NCBI GenBank assembly: GCA_036489955.1
Contig: DASXEV010000042.1
Span: forward strand, 739 to 64,738
Length of the DNA stretch: 64,000 nt
From: Opitutaceae bacterium
Lineage (GTDB): Bacteria > Verrucomicrobiota > Verrucomicrobiia > Opitutales > Opitutaceae
Direction: 5' to 3'
The notes under the pieces are model-generated. The model did not search any database. It saw nothing but the letters and a program-made list of their open reading frames with translations, and was not told the DNA's origin. The position numbers and the translations under genes were made by a program. Shown one piece after another: positions 35,150 to 44,419 of this stretch; within the stretch, counting starts at the first letter, position 1, and every line of letters begins with the position of its first letter.

Positions 35150-38146
35150 ATGAAGACGCCACAAGCCGCATTCCAGCCCCCCGACGAGGGGATCGAGGCC
35201 GAGGTGCGCAAGGTGGGCCAGGACCTCTTCCGGAGGATGGACGAGCACCCCTCGCCGGGCATCCTTTCCAGGAAGGGCGCCTACGCGAGGATCATGGAGT
35301 GGTCGATGCGGGACCCGGCGTTCAAGGCCCAGCTGTTCCGGTTCGTCGACGTCCTGCCCAGCCTGGACTCCTCCGCGGAGGTCGTCCGGCACCTGCAGGA
35401 GTACCTGGGCGACAAGGCCGTGGAGCTGAGCCCGGCCATGAGGACCGGCCTCGCCGCCGCCTCGTTTGCGCCGGCGCTCGTCGCCGGGCCCGCGAAGGCG
35501 AACGTGACGTCGATGGCCTCGCAGTTCGTCGCGGGCGCCGGCCCCGCGGACCTCGTGAAGCGCCTGCGGGCAAACGCCGCGGCGGGCATGGCGACGACGA
35601 TTGACCTCCTCGGCGAGACCGTGGTCAGCGCGGCCGAGGCGGACGCCTTCCTCCAGCGGAACCTGGAAATCCTGGACACGGTGGGCCAGGCGGTCGCGAA
35701 GTCCCCCCAGCCGTGCTTCAGCGACCTCGGGCCCTCGGGGCCCCTCCCCCGGGTCAACCTGTCGGTCAAGGTGTCGGCGCTGACGCCCGAGGTGCACCCC
35801 GCCGACCCCGGCCGCTCGGTCGCGGCCCTGAAGGAGAGGCTGCGCCCGATCCTGCGGCGCGCCGCGCAGTCGGGAGCCTTCATCAACTTCGACATGGAGA
35901 GCTACGGCCTGAAGGACCTGACGCTCGCCCTCTTCCGCTCGATCCTCGAGGAGGACGAGTTCGCGCGGGGGCCCGCCGCCGGCATCGCCGTCCAGGCCTA
36001 CCTGAGGGACAGCGAGCGTGACCTGCGCGGGCTCATCGACTGGGCGCGCGGGCGGGCGCGCCCCATCGTCGTCCGCCTCGTGAAGGGCGCCTACTGGGAC
36101 TTCGAGACCATCCTCGCCGGCCAGCGCGGCTGGCCGGCGCCCGTCTGGTCCGCGAAGCCCGAGAGCGACGCCAATTACGAGAGGCTCTCCGTGCTGCTCC
36201 TGGAGAACGCGGACATCACGGCCCCCGCATTCGCGTCGCACAACGTCCGCTCCTGCGCCCACGCGGTCGCGCAGGCCGGGCGGCTCGGCATCGACCCGAG
36301 GGCCTACGAGTTCCAGGCGCTCTACGGCATGGCGGACGAGCTGAAGTCCGCGCTTGTCGCCGCGGGCCACCGCGTGAGGGAGTACTGCCCGGTGGGCGAC
36401 CTGCTGCCCGGCATGGCGTACCTCGTCCGGCGGCTCCTCGAGAACACCTCCAACGAGGGGTTCCTGCGGGCGAAGGACGCGGGCGAAGTGGGCCGGGAGG
36501 AGCTCCTGCGCAACCCCGCGGGGCTCATCGCCCGCACCGCACCGCCGCCCGCCGCCGCGCCGTTCGCGAACGCGCCCAACACGGACTTCAGCGTGGAGGC
36601 GAACCGGGGGCGGATGCGCGCCGCGCTGGAGTCGGCAGGCCGCACGCTCGGCAGGAGCCACGCCATCGTGATCGGCGGCCGCCGAATCCTCGACCGCGAG
36701 ATGGTCGCCTCCGTGAACCCCGCCCGGCCCTCGCAGGTCGTGGGGCGCTGGGCGCGCGCAACCGAAAGGGACGCGGACGCCGCGGTCGAGGCCGCGCGGG
36801 CCGCCTGGCCCGCGTGGGCCGCCACGCCGGCGGAGCGGCGGGCGGCGATCCTTGGGCGCGCGGCCGACCTCATGGAGGAGCGCCGCATGGCCCTCTCCGC
36901 GCTCGAGGTCCTCGAGGCCGCAAAGCCCTGGATCGAGGCCGACGCCGACGTCTCCGAGGCCATCGACTTCTGCCGGTACTACGCCCTGGAGATGCGCCGC
37001 CTCGACGGCGCCCGGGTCACGCAGCGCGTGCCGGGGGAGGCGTGCACGTCCCTCTGGACGCCGCGCGGCGTCGGCGTCGCCATCGCGCCCTGGAACTTCC
37101 CGCTCGCCATCCTCTGCGGCCTCACGACGGCTCCCCTCGTCGCCGGGAACTGCGTCATCATGAAGCCCGCCGAGCAGACGACCGTGATCGGCGCGGCGCT
37201 CATGGACATCCTCACGGAGGCCGGGGTCCCCGCGGGCGCCCTCGCCTTCGTCCCGGGGTTCGGCGAGGACGTCGGCGCGCGCCTGGTCGCGCATCCGGGG
37301 ACCGACTTCATCGCGTTCACGGGCTCGAGGGCCGTCGGCTGCAGGATCTGGGAGACGGCGGGCCGGACGGCCCCCGGCCAGCGCAACCTGAAGAAGGTGG
37401 TGTGCGAGATGGGCGGAAAGAACGCGCTCATCATCGACAACGACGCCGACCTCGACGAGGCGATCCCGGCGGCGCTCTACAGCGCGTTCGGGTTCTCCGG
37501 CCAGAAATGCTCGGCCCTGTCGCGGCTCATTGTCCTGGACGGGGTCTACGAGCGTTTCACCGCGAGGTTCCTTGCGGCCTGCGCGGCGCTTCCCGTCGGC
37601 GACCCGGCGGACCCCGGAACGCTCGTCGGGCCCGTCATCGACCGGCAGGCCAGGGAGAAGATCATGGCGCTCATCGGGCGCGGCCGGAAGGAGGCGAGGC
37701 TCGCCTTTCAGGCCACACTCCCGGCCGGCCTCGACCCCGAGGGGACGTACGTCCCGCCGACCGTGTTCACCGACGTCCCGCCGGCGGCGGAGATCGCCCG
37801 CGAGGAGATTTTCGGGCCCGTGCTCGCCATCCTGCGTGCGAGGGACCTGGGCGAGGCGCTGCGCCTGGCGATGGACGTCGAGTACGCCCTCACGGGCGGC
37901 CTCTTCTCGAGGAGCCCCAGCGCGCTCGAGAGGGCCCGGCGGGAATACCGGGTCGGCAACCTCTACCTGAACCGCGGCATCACGGGCGCCGTCGTCGAGC
38001 GGCACCCCTTCGGGGGCTTCGCGATGTCGGGCGGCGGGACGAAGGCGGGCGGAAAGGGCTACCTCGAGAACTTCCTCTTCCCGCGCGTGGTGGCCGAGAA
38101 CGTCATGCGCCGGGGCTTCACCCCGCCGGAGGACGGCGGGGCCTAG
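35150..38146 (+). CDS. putA: Bifunctional proline dehydrogenase / L-glutamate-gamma-semialdehyde dehydrogenase
   Basis: ATG 35150 lies inside track ORF 34964..38146. The N-terminal half is a PRODH barrel (VRLVKGAYWD, QALYGM). The C-terminal half is ALDH (FTGSRAVG, EMGGKN, GQKCSA, EEIFGPV). Confidence 0.9.
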   Translation: MKTPQAAFQPPDEGIEAEVRKVGQDLFRRMDEHPSPGILSRKGAYARIMEWSMRDPAFKAQLFRFVDVLPSLDSSAEVVRHLQEYLGDKAVELSPAMRTGLAAASFAPALVAGPAKANVTSMASQFVAGAGPADLVKRLRANAAAGMATTIDLLGETVVSAAEADAFLQRNLEILDTVGQAVAKSPQPCFSDLGPSGPLPRVNLSVKVSALTPEVHPADPGRSVAALKERLRPILRRAAQSGAFINFDMESYGLKDLTLALFRSILEEDEFARGPAAGIAVQAYLRDSERDLRGLIDWARGRARPIVVRLVKGAYWDFETILAGQRGWPAPVWSAKPESDANYERLSVLLLENADITAPAFASHNVRSCAHAVAQAGRLGIDPRAYEFQALYGMADELKSALVAAGHRVREYCPVGDLLPGMAYLVRRLLENTSNEGFLRAKDAGEVGREELLRNPAGLIARTAPPPAAAPFANAPNTDFSVEANRGRMRAALESAGRTLGRSHAIVIGGRRILDREMVASVNPARPSQVVGRWARATERDADAAVEAARAAWPAWAATPAERRAAILGRAADLMEERRMALSALEVLEAAKPWIEADADVSEAIDFCRYYALEMRRLDGARVTQRVPGEACTSLWTPRGVGVAIAPWNFPLAILCGLTTAPLVAGNCVIMKPAEQTTVIGAALMDILTEAGVPAGALAFVPGFGEDVGARLVAHPGTDFIAFTGSRAVGCRIWETAGRTAPGQRNLKKVVCEMGGKNALIIDNDADLDEAIPAALYSAFGFSGQKCSALSRLIVLDGVYERFTARFLAACAALPVGDPADPGTLVGPVIDRQAREKIMALIGRGRKEARLAFQATLPAGLDPEGTYVPPTVFTDVPPAAEIAREEIFGPVLAILRARDLGEALRLAMDVEYALTGGLFSRSPSALERARREYRVGNLYLNRGITGAVVERHPFGGFAMSGGGTKAGGKGYLENFLFPRVVAENVMRRGFTPPEDGGA

Positions 38147-38263
38147 CCGGGCTCCCGCCACTGGGAAGGGCGGGTCCCGCCCATGGGAAGGGCCGGCCCC
38201 CCGGGGCGGGATGCTGCGGCCGCATGTCCCTCGGGCGCAGCGGATTGCCGTCCCAGGGGCAGT

Positions 38264-38279
38264 TGGCACAATGCGTGCG
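38264..38279 (+). promoter_or_regulatory. Sigma-54-type -24/-12 promoter candidate upstream of the permease gene
   Basis: TGGCAC-AATGC-GTGCG has GG and GC in canonical GG-N10-GC spacing. It lies 26-41 nt upstream of ATG 38305. Confidence 0.35.
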
Positions 38280-38304
38280 ACTGCAAGGCTCCCTCCATCC
38301 CGAC

Positions 38305-40716
38305 ATGCTCAAGGACCTTCGATTCGCCCTGCGGATGGCGGCCACCCACCCGTGGTATTCGGGGGCGGTGGCCGTCACCCTCGCCCTCTGCATCGGCGCG
38401 AACACGACCGTGTTCACGCTCATCAGCGCCGCCTACCTGCGCCCCGTGCCCGTGCCGCGCGGGGACCGCCTGGTGGCCATCGAGGAGAAGGATCCCGGGA
38501 ATCCCGGCCACTCGGCCATGGTCTCGCTCCCCGCATTCCTCGATTTCCAGGCCCAGGCGAGGACCTTCGCGCAGATCGAGGGCTGCATGTTCAACCCGGC
38601 CGTCATCGTCGAGCCCGGCATACCCGCCGCGAGCCACGACATGGGCGCCGTCTCCACGGGGCTCTTCGCGATGCTGGGGACGCGGCCGGCGCTGGGACGG
38701 GACCTCGTGCCCGGCGACGGAAGGCGCGGCGCCGCGCCCGTCGCCCTGATCAGCGACTCCCTGTGGAAGGAGCGCTACCGCGGCTCCGCGGACATCGTCG
38801 GGCGCCTGGTCACCCTGAATGGCGTGAAGACGACGATCATCGGCGTCATGCCGCCCGGCTTCAGGTTCCCGACCACGCTGGACGTCTGGACGCCCCTTGT
38901 CCCCACGCCCGACCTGGAGAACAGGAGCCACCGGGACCTGCTCCTCTTCGGGATCCTCGGGAAGGGAAGGAGCCTCGCCGAGGCCCAGGCCGACCTGGCC
39001 GTCGTCTCGGGCCGGCTCGCCATGGAGTTTCCCGCGACGGACAAGGAGGCGGACGCCTACGCCCAGACCTTCCAGGACAAGTTCAACGGCGGCCCCATCA
39101 GGGCGGTCTTCCTGCTCCTGCAGGGCGCGGTGGCCTTCGTGCTCCTCATCGGGTGCGCCAACGTCGCCAACATGATGCTCGGCCGCGCGCTGGCGCGCAG
39201 GCGGGAGATCGCGGTCCGCGCGGCCATCGGCGCCTCGCGCCTGCGGATAATCCGGCAGCTCCTCGTCGAGAGCGTCTTCCTCAGCGTCGTCGGCGGGGGC
39301 CTCGGCCTCTTCATCGCGCAGTTCGGGGTCCGCGCATTCGACCTGGCGACGCGCGACGTCGGGCGGCCCTACTGGGTCCAGTTTTCCATGGACTGGCGCG
39401 CGTTCGCCTTCTTCGCCGCGGTGTCGGCCGCGACAGGGCTCCTCTTCGGGATGGCGCCCGCGCTCAAGGCCTCGCGGGTGGACCTGACGACGGCGCTTAA
39501 GGACGGCTCGCTGGGCTCGGGCTCGCGCTCCGGCCGCCTGACGGCCATACTCGTCGTCTTCCAGTTTGCGCTCACGGTCGTCCTCCTCGACGGGGCCGGC
39601 CTCATGCTCAGGCGCTTCGAGCAGGCCCGCCACATGAACGCGTTCGTGCCGTCGGAGCACCTGCTTACCGCGCGCATAAATCTGCCCGACATGAAGGGCG
39701 ACCGCTACGAGTCCGATGACTCCCGGCGGCGATTCCGCCAGGCGCTGCTCAACCGCCTCGGGGACCTGCCCGGGGTCACGCAGGCGGCGCTGACTTCCAA
39801 TTTCCCCGGAATGGGAGCCGATCCCCGCGACATCGAGGTCGAGGGCCGGCCGGCCGACCATGCCCACCCCCTGAAGGCCTCGGCGATCTTCGCCTCCCCC
39901 GGCTATCTGGACGAGATCGGGCTGCCCGTCCTCAGGGGAAGGGCCCTCAGCGGTACGGACGGAGCCATGGGCAAGGAGGCCGCCGTCGTCACCCGGCAGT
40001 TCTCGGACCGCTACTGGGCTTCCGGCGGGGGCCTCGGAAGGCGCTTCCGGTTCGTCTCGGATGGCAAGCCGGGCCCGTGGATCACCGTCGTCGGGATCTG
40101 CGCCAACATCGTGCAGGACACGATGAGCAGCGATCCAGCCCCCCTCGCCTACCTGAGCGACCGCCAGGAGCCCTGGGGCTGGATCGGCATCCTGCTGCGC
40201 ACACCCGGGGACCCGGCATCCGTCGCGGCATCGGCCCGGGCCGCGATCCAGGCCCTCGATCCCGACCTTCCGCTGTCGGAGGTCCGGACGCTTCCCGGCG
40301 CAATCGAGCATGAGCACTGGTTCCTGCGGGTCTTCGGCTCGCTCTTCCTCATCTTCGCGTCGATCGCCCTCGTCCTCGCGTCCGTGGGCATCTACTCCGT
40401 GGTCGCCCAGGCGACGGTCCAGCGCACGCGAGAGATCGGCATCCGCATGGCGATCGGCGCGTCGGCAAGGCAGGTGGTGGCGCTCATGCTGTCCCGGGGC
40501 CTCGCGCAGCTGGGCATGGGCGTGGCGGCCGGCCTGGCGCTCGCCTTCGGCGCCGTCCGCCTGATGGCGAAGCTTCCCGGCGTCATGTCGCCGGACGATC
40601 CCCTCGTCCTCGCCACGGTGACGCTCCTCCTCCTCGCGGTCGGCACCCTTGCGTGCTGGATACCCGCGCGCCGGTCGGCGCGGATCGCGCCCGTCGAGGC
40701 CCTGCGGTCCGACTAG
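38305..40716 (+). CDS. Duplicated MacB/FtsX-type ABC permease without adjacent ATPase (ADOP-like, 803 aa)
   Basis: ATG 38305 lies inside track ORF 36814..40716. Two MacB_PCD plus FtsX-type 4-TM halves are visible. The N-terminus MLKDLRFALRMAATHPWYS is typical of this family. Confidence 0.85.
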   Translation: MLKDLRFALRMAATHPWYSGAVAVTLALCIGANTTVFTLISAAYLRPVPVPRGDRLVAIEEKDPGNPGHSAMVSLPAFLDFQAQARTFAQIEGCMFNPAVIVEPGIPAASHDMGAVSTGLFAMLGTRPALGRDLVPGDGRRGAAPVALISDSLWKERYRGSADIVGRLVTLNGVKTTIIGVMPPGFRFPTTLDVWTPLVPTPDLENRSHRDLLLFGILGKGRSLAEAQADLAVVSGRLAMEFPATDKEADAYAQTFQDKFNGGPIRAVFLLLQGAVAFVLLIGCANVANMMLGRALARRREIAVRAAIGASRLRIIRQLLVESVFLSVVGGGLGLFIAQFGVRAFDLATRDVGRPYWVQFSMDWRAFAFFAAVSAATGLLFGMAPALKASRVDLTTALKDGSLGSGSRSGRLTAILVVFQFALTVVLLDGAGLMLRRFEQARHMNAFVPSEHLLTARINLPDMKGDRYESDDSRRRFRQALLNRLGDLPGVTQAALTSNFPGMGADPRDIEVEGRPADHAHPLKASAIFASPGYLDEIGLPVLRGRALSGTDGAMGKEAAVVTRQFSDRYWASGGGLGRRFRFVSDGKPGPWITVVGICANIVQDTMSSDPAPLAYLSDRQEPWGWIGILLRTPGDPASVAASARAAIQALDPDLPLSEVRTLPGAIEHEHWFLRVFGSLFLIFASIALVLASVGIYSVVAQATVQRTREIGIRMAIGASARQVVALMLSRGLAQLGMGVAAGLALAFGAVRLMAKLPGVMSPDDPLVLATVTLLLLAVGTLACWIPARRSARIAPVEALRSD

Positions 40717-41591
40717 AGCTCCGTGTAGAGCCGGTAGAGGACCTGCGTCCCGAAGTCCTCCCAGCCCTTTTCCGCCACCAGGTCGTAGAGCCGGCGCGCG
40801 CAGTCGAGCCCCGGCAGCTCGAGGCCCATCTCGTCCGCCGCCGCGACGGCGATCCCGATGTCCTTGCGGATGTGCTTCACGTAGAAGCCCGGCGCAAAGT
40901 CCCCGCCGAGGGCCCTCGGCCCCAGGTTCGTCATGGCCCAGCTCCCGGCTGCGCCCCCGCTGATGCTGGAATGCACCCTCGCCGGGTCGAGCCCCGCCCT
41001 CTTCGCATACGCGAGGGCCTCGATCCAGGCCACCATGCCGACGGCGCACGCGATCTGGTTGGCCATCTTGCAGTGCTGGCCGGAGCCCGCCGGGCCCTGG
41101 AGGGCGATGTTCTTGCCCATGAGCGAGAAGACCGGGAGGGCGCGCGCGAAGTCCGCTGGCTCGCCGCCCGCCATGATGACGAGCCGCGCCTCGCGGGCGC
41201 CGATGTCGCCGCCCGACACCGGGGCGTCCAGGGCCCCGAGGCCCCTCCCGGAGGCCGCCGCGGCGATCCTCCTGGCGAGGGGCGGGCTCGACGTCGTCAT
41301 GTCGACGAGGAGCGCGCCCGGCCGCGCGCGCTCGACGATGCCGCCGCTCCCGAGATAGGTCTCCTCCACGTCCCTAGGGAACCCGAGGATCGTGACCACG
41401 ACCCCGGCGTGGGAGGCCGCCTCGCCGGCGGAGGCGTGCCACGAGGCCCCGCGCTCCAGGAGCGGCGCCGCCTTCTCCCGCGAGCGGTTGAAGACATGGA
41501 CGGGGTGGCCGGCCGCCAGCAGGTGGCCCGCCATGCTGCGGCCCATGACGCCCGTCCCGATGAAGGCCACTGCGGGCTTTGGGGCGCTCAC
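40713..41591 (-). CDS. NAD(P)-dependent 3-hydroxyisobutyrate dehydrogenase-family oxidoreductase
   Basis: GTG 41591 overlaps the upstream stop (GTGA). Motifs are VAFIGTGVMGRSMAGHL, DAPVSGG and GSGQHCKMANQ. Confidence 0.85.
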   Translation of the reverse strand: MSAPKPAVAFIGTGVMGRSMAGHLLAAGHPVHVFNRSREKAAPLLERGASWHASAGEAASHAGVVVTILGFPRDVEETYLGSGGIVERARPGALLVDMTTSSPPLARRIAAAASGRGLGALDAPVSGGDIGAREARLVIMAGGEPADFARALPVFSLMGKNIALQGPAGSGQHCKMANQIACAVGMVAWIEALAYAKRAGLDPARVHSSISGGAAGSWAMTNLGPRALGGDFAPGFYVKHIRKDIGIAVAAADEMGLELPGLDCARRLYDLVAEKGWEDFGTQVLYRLYTEL

Positions 41592-42082
41592 CGGTCCCAG
41601 CTGTCCGTCGTGTCCCTGACGAGCCGGTCCAGCATCCCGAAGCGCAGCTCGCCGTAGTTCATGGCGTACCGGAGCTTCCCGTCGCGGAACACCCAGGTCG
41701 TCGGTATCCACGAGATCGGCATGCCGAGCATCTGGCTCACCATCTCCCCCCGCTTGCGCGAGGTGTTCGGGTGGTGGAGGAGGGTCACGTTGCGCTGGGG
41801 GCCGACGCCGTACCTGGAAAGGACCGTGCGGCCGTCGGCGGCGTCCCAGATCTCCACGAATACGAAATCGACGCCCGGGTGCGCCGCGATGAACCCGCTC
41901 CAGCCCCCGTCCTTAAGCTCGTCCCTGCAGTTCGGGCACCAGGTCGCCCAGAAGTGGACGACCGTGACGGCCTTGGAACGGGTGGCCTCGGCCACCTGGC
42001 TTTCAACGTCGGCGGGGGCGTCCTGCGCCCGCAGCGGAGCGGAGAGGAGGATGGCCGCGGCAAGGAGGAGGATCCGTTTCAC
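41588..42082 (-). CDS. TlpA-like periplasmic thioredoxin
   Basis: It has a signal peptide and the canonical FWATWCPNC active site. The start is GTG 42082 or TTG 42091. Confidence 0.8.
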   Translation of the reverse strand: MKRILLLAAAILLSAPLRAQDAPADVESQVAEATRSKAVTVVHFWATWCPNCRDELKDGGWSGFIAAHPGVDFVFVEIWDAADGRTVLSRYGVGPQRNVTLLHHPNTSRKRGEMVSQMLGMPISWIPTTWVFRDGKLRYAMNYGELRFGMLDRLVRDTTDSWDR

Positions 42083-42122
42083 CGCGGCCAACCTGGCACA
42101 TTTCGGCGGCGATTGCGAAGCC

Positions 42123-43067
42123 TTAGAGCCCCACCCACGCCAGGCCCGCCCGTATCCAGAGCGGGCACGCCAGCAGGCCCGCGGCCGTTGTCGACAGGAC
42201 GATCTGGACCGCCGTCAGCGGCTGGCCCCCGAAGTAGCGCGACATGATGATGGGAAAGACGGCGGCGGGCATGGCCGCCTCGACGACGAGGACCCGCTTC
42301 AGCTCCGCCGAGCAGGGGAGCACCCGGGCGAACGCGAGCATCACGACCGGCATGACTCCGAGGCGGACGGCGACCGCCGTCAGCGAGACGCCGCGGTGCA
42401 GGAGCTTCGCCGGCTCGTCCAGGTAGTCGGCGAGGTTGACGCCCGTCATCAGGAGGCCGACAGGCACGGCGCAGACCCCCAGCGAGTGCGCCATGTTGCT
42501 GACGAAGCCCGGGACAAGGCCCGAGGCGCCCGTCGTGTTGATGGCGACCGCGGCGACGAGCGTGACCAGCATCGGGGTCACGAGCCTGCGCCACCCCTGC
42601 CCCGGGGAGGCGCCCGTGAGGATGAGAAGGCCGACCGACCAGAGCGCGAAGTCGACCCCCATGTTGTGGACGAGGACCATGCCCTGCGCCCGCTCGCCCC
42701 AGAGGCCGCCCACGATCGGCAGCGGGAGGTAGCTGTAGTTGCAGATGCCGGCCGAGACCGCGAAGGTCCGCAGCCCGGTGCCCTTGCCGAGGCCGATCAG
42801 CCGGCCGGCGAGGTACGCGACGAGGAAGCCGGTCGTCGTCATGAGGAACCCGGCCAGCGGCGGCAGGAGCAGGTTGCCCGGGCTCCTCAGGGAAGGGTTC
42901 CCGACCACCGTGTCGAAGACGAGGCAGGGCATGCACACGTACACGACGATCCGGATCATGCTCGTCTCCGCGGCGCCCTCGACCCAGTGGCAGCGGCGCA
43001 GCGCCACGCCCACGGCGATCAGCGCGAAGACCGGCAGGATCAGCCTGAAAAGCTCGGCAATCGTCAT
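42123..43067 (-). CDS. AEC (auxin efflux carrier) family transporter
   Basis: At 314 aa it has about 10 hydrophobic helices. The N-terminus ILPVFALIAVG is typical of AEC proteins. Confidence 0.8.
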   Translation of the reverse strand: MTIAELFRLILPVFALIAVGVALRRCHWVEGAAETSMIRIVVYVCMPCLVFDTVVGNPSLRSPGNLLLPPLAGFLMTTTGFLVAYLAGRLIGLGKGTGLRTFAVSAGICNYSYLPLPIVGGLWGERAQGMVLVHNMGVDFALWSVGLLILTGASPGQGWRRLVTPMLVTLVAAVAINTTGASGLVPGFVSNMAHSLGVCAVPVGLLMTGVNLADYLDEPAKLLHRGVSLTAVAVRLGVMPVVMLAFARVLPCSAELKRVLVVEAAMPAAVFPIIMSRYFGGQPLTAVQIVLSTTAAGLLACPLWIRAGLAWVGL

Positions 43068-43131
43068 CCCCGGCGGGCGAGGGATGACGCAATTGCGCCC
43101 GAACGCACGCCCAAAAGCCGGCGGGCCGGCC

Positions 43132-43590
43132 TCAGGTCGTGGGGGCCGGGGTCGGCGGCGGGCCGCCGCGCCTCGGCATGGCGTCGAAGCTCTTCTGCTG
43201 GTCGGCCGTCAGGAGCGCGCGGATCTGGCCCCGGGTGGCCTCAACGAGGGCGCGCCCCTTCGCGCGCCTGTCGTCGTCGGAGAGCGAGTCGTCCCGGCGC
43301 AGCGACCTCATCTGGTCGTCGAAGCCCTTGATGACCCCGCCGACCTGCTTCTGCTGGTCGGCCGTCAGGCCCAGCCTGGCCGTCAGGTCTGCCAGGTTTA
43401 AGGGGCCCCGGCCGCGCCGGTGGCGGCCCCTGGGGGGCGGGGGCGGCTGCTGGTCGGGGGCCGGGGCGTTGCTGTCCGGGGCGGAGGGCGGGGGGGGCGG
43501 CGGGCTCGAGGGGTCGTCGGCCCGCAGGCCGGGGAGGGCAAGCGCGGCGGCCGCGCAGAGGAGCGTGAGGAGGCGGGGGCTGGATTTCAT
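43132..43590 (-). CDS. Periplasmic Spy/CpxP-like protein (two LTxxQ motifs)
   Basis: ATG 43590 lies inside track ORF 43132..44481. It has a signal peptide, a Pro-rich spacer, and the motifs LTADQQKQV and LTADQQKSF. Confidence 0.6.
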   Translation of the reverse strand: MKSSPRLLTLLCAAAALALPGLRADDPSSPPPPPPSAPDSNAPAPDQQPPPPPRGRHRRGRGPLNLADLTARLGLTADQQKQVGGVIKGFDDQMRSLRRDDSLSDDDRRAKGRALVEATRGQIRALLTADQQKSFDAMPRRGGPPPTPAPTT

Positions 43591-43683
43591 GGCTGGAGGC
43601 CTGACGCGCCGGGCAGGCGGGGGTTGCCCTTTTTTTCCCCGGCGGACTTGCCGAGGGCCGCCGCACCCAGCAGCGTTCTGGCG

Positions 43684-44409
43684 ATGATTGAGGTTGAGGC
43701 GCTTACCAAGAAATACGGCGGCTTCACGGCGGTCAAGGGCCTCAGCTTCGCGGTCCGCCCCGGCGAGGTCCTGGGCCTCGTGGGCCCGAACGGCGCGGGC
43801 AAGACGACGACGCTGCGCTGCCTGGCCGGCATCATCCCCATGACCTCGGGCGCGGTCCGCATCGCCGGCAAGGACATCGCCGCCGACCCGGTGGGCGCGA
43901 AGAGGCAGCTTGCCTTCTTCCCCGACGAGCCGCGCCTTTTCGACTACCTGACGGTACGCCAGCACCTGACGTTCGTCGCAAGGCTCTACGGCGTCGAGGG
44001 CTACGAGGCCCTGGCCGGCCCGCTCCTCGAGGAGCTGGAGCTCGCCGACAAGGCGGACGTGCTCCCCGGGGAGCTCTCGCGCGGCATGAAGCAGAAGCTC
44101 GTGATCGCGTGCGGGCTGCTGCACTCGCCGCAGGTGATGTTCTTCGACGAGCCGCTGACGGGCCTGGACCCGCTGGGGATCCGCAGGATGAAGGGCTCCA
44201 TCCTGCGGCGCGCCCGCGAGGGCGGGACGGTCGTCCTCTCCTCGCACCTGCTCCACCTCCTCGAGGAGGTGTGCACGCACGTCCTCATCCTGAAGAGCGG
44301 GGACAAGGTCGCCGACGGGACCCTCTCCGAGGTCTCCGCCCAGTTCAGCAACGGCGAGTCCGGCGTCAGCCTGGAGGAGATATTCATCCGGGCGACCGGG
44401 GGCGCATAG
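43684..44409 (+). CDS. ABC transporter ATP-binding protein
   Basis: ATG 43684 lies inside track ORF 43420..44409. It has Walker A (GPNGAGKTT), the signature LSRGMKQK, Walker B (VMFFDEP) and the H-loop SSH. Confidence 0.9.
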   Translation: MIEVEALTKKYGGFTAVKGLSFAVRPGEVLGLVGPNGAGKTTTLRCLAGIIPMTSGAVRIAGKDIAADPVGAKRQLAFFPDEPRLFDYLTVRQHLTFVARLYGVEGYEALAGPLLEELELADKADVLPGELSRGMKQKLVIACGLLHSPQVMFFDEPLTGLDPLGIRRMKGSILRRAREGGTVVLSSHLLHLLEEVCTHVLILKSGDKVADGTLSEVSAQFSNGESGVSLEEIFIRATGGA

Positions 44410-44419
44410 GGAGCCGGGG

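Noticed and set aside
40713-40716. A shared palindromic CTAG stop for the convergent permease and dehydrogenase genes.
   Set aside because: This is a trivial consequence of tight convergent packing, and no function is implied.
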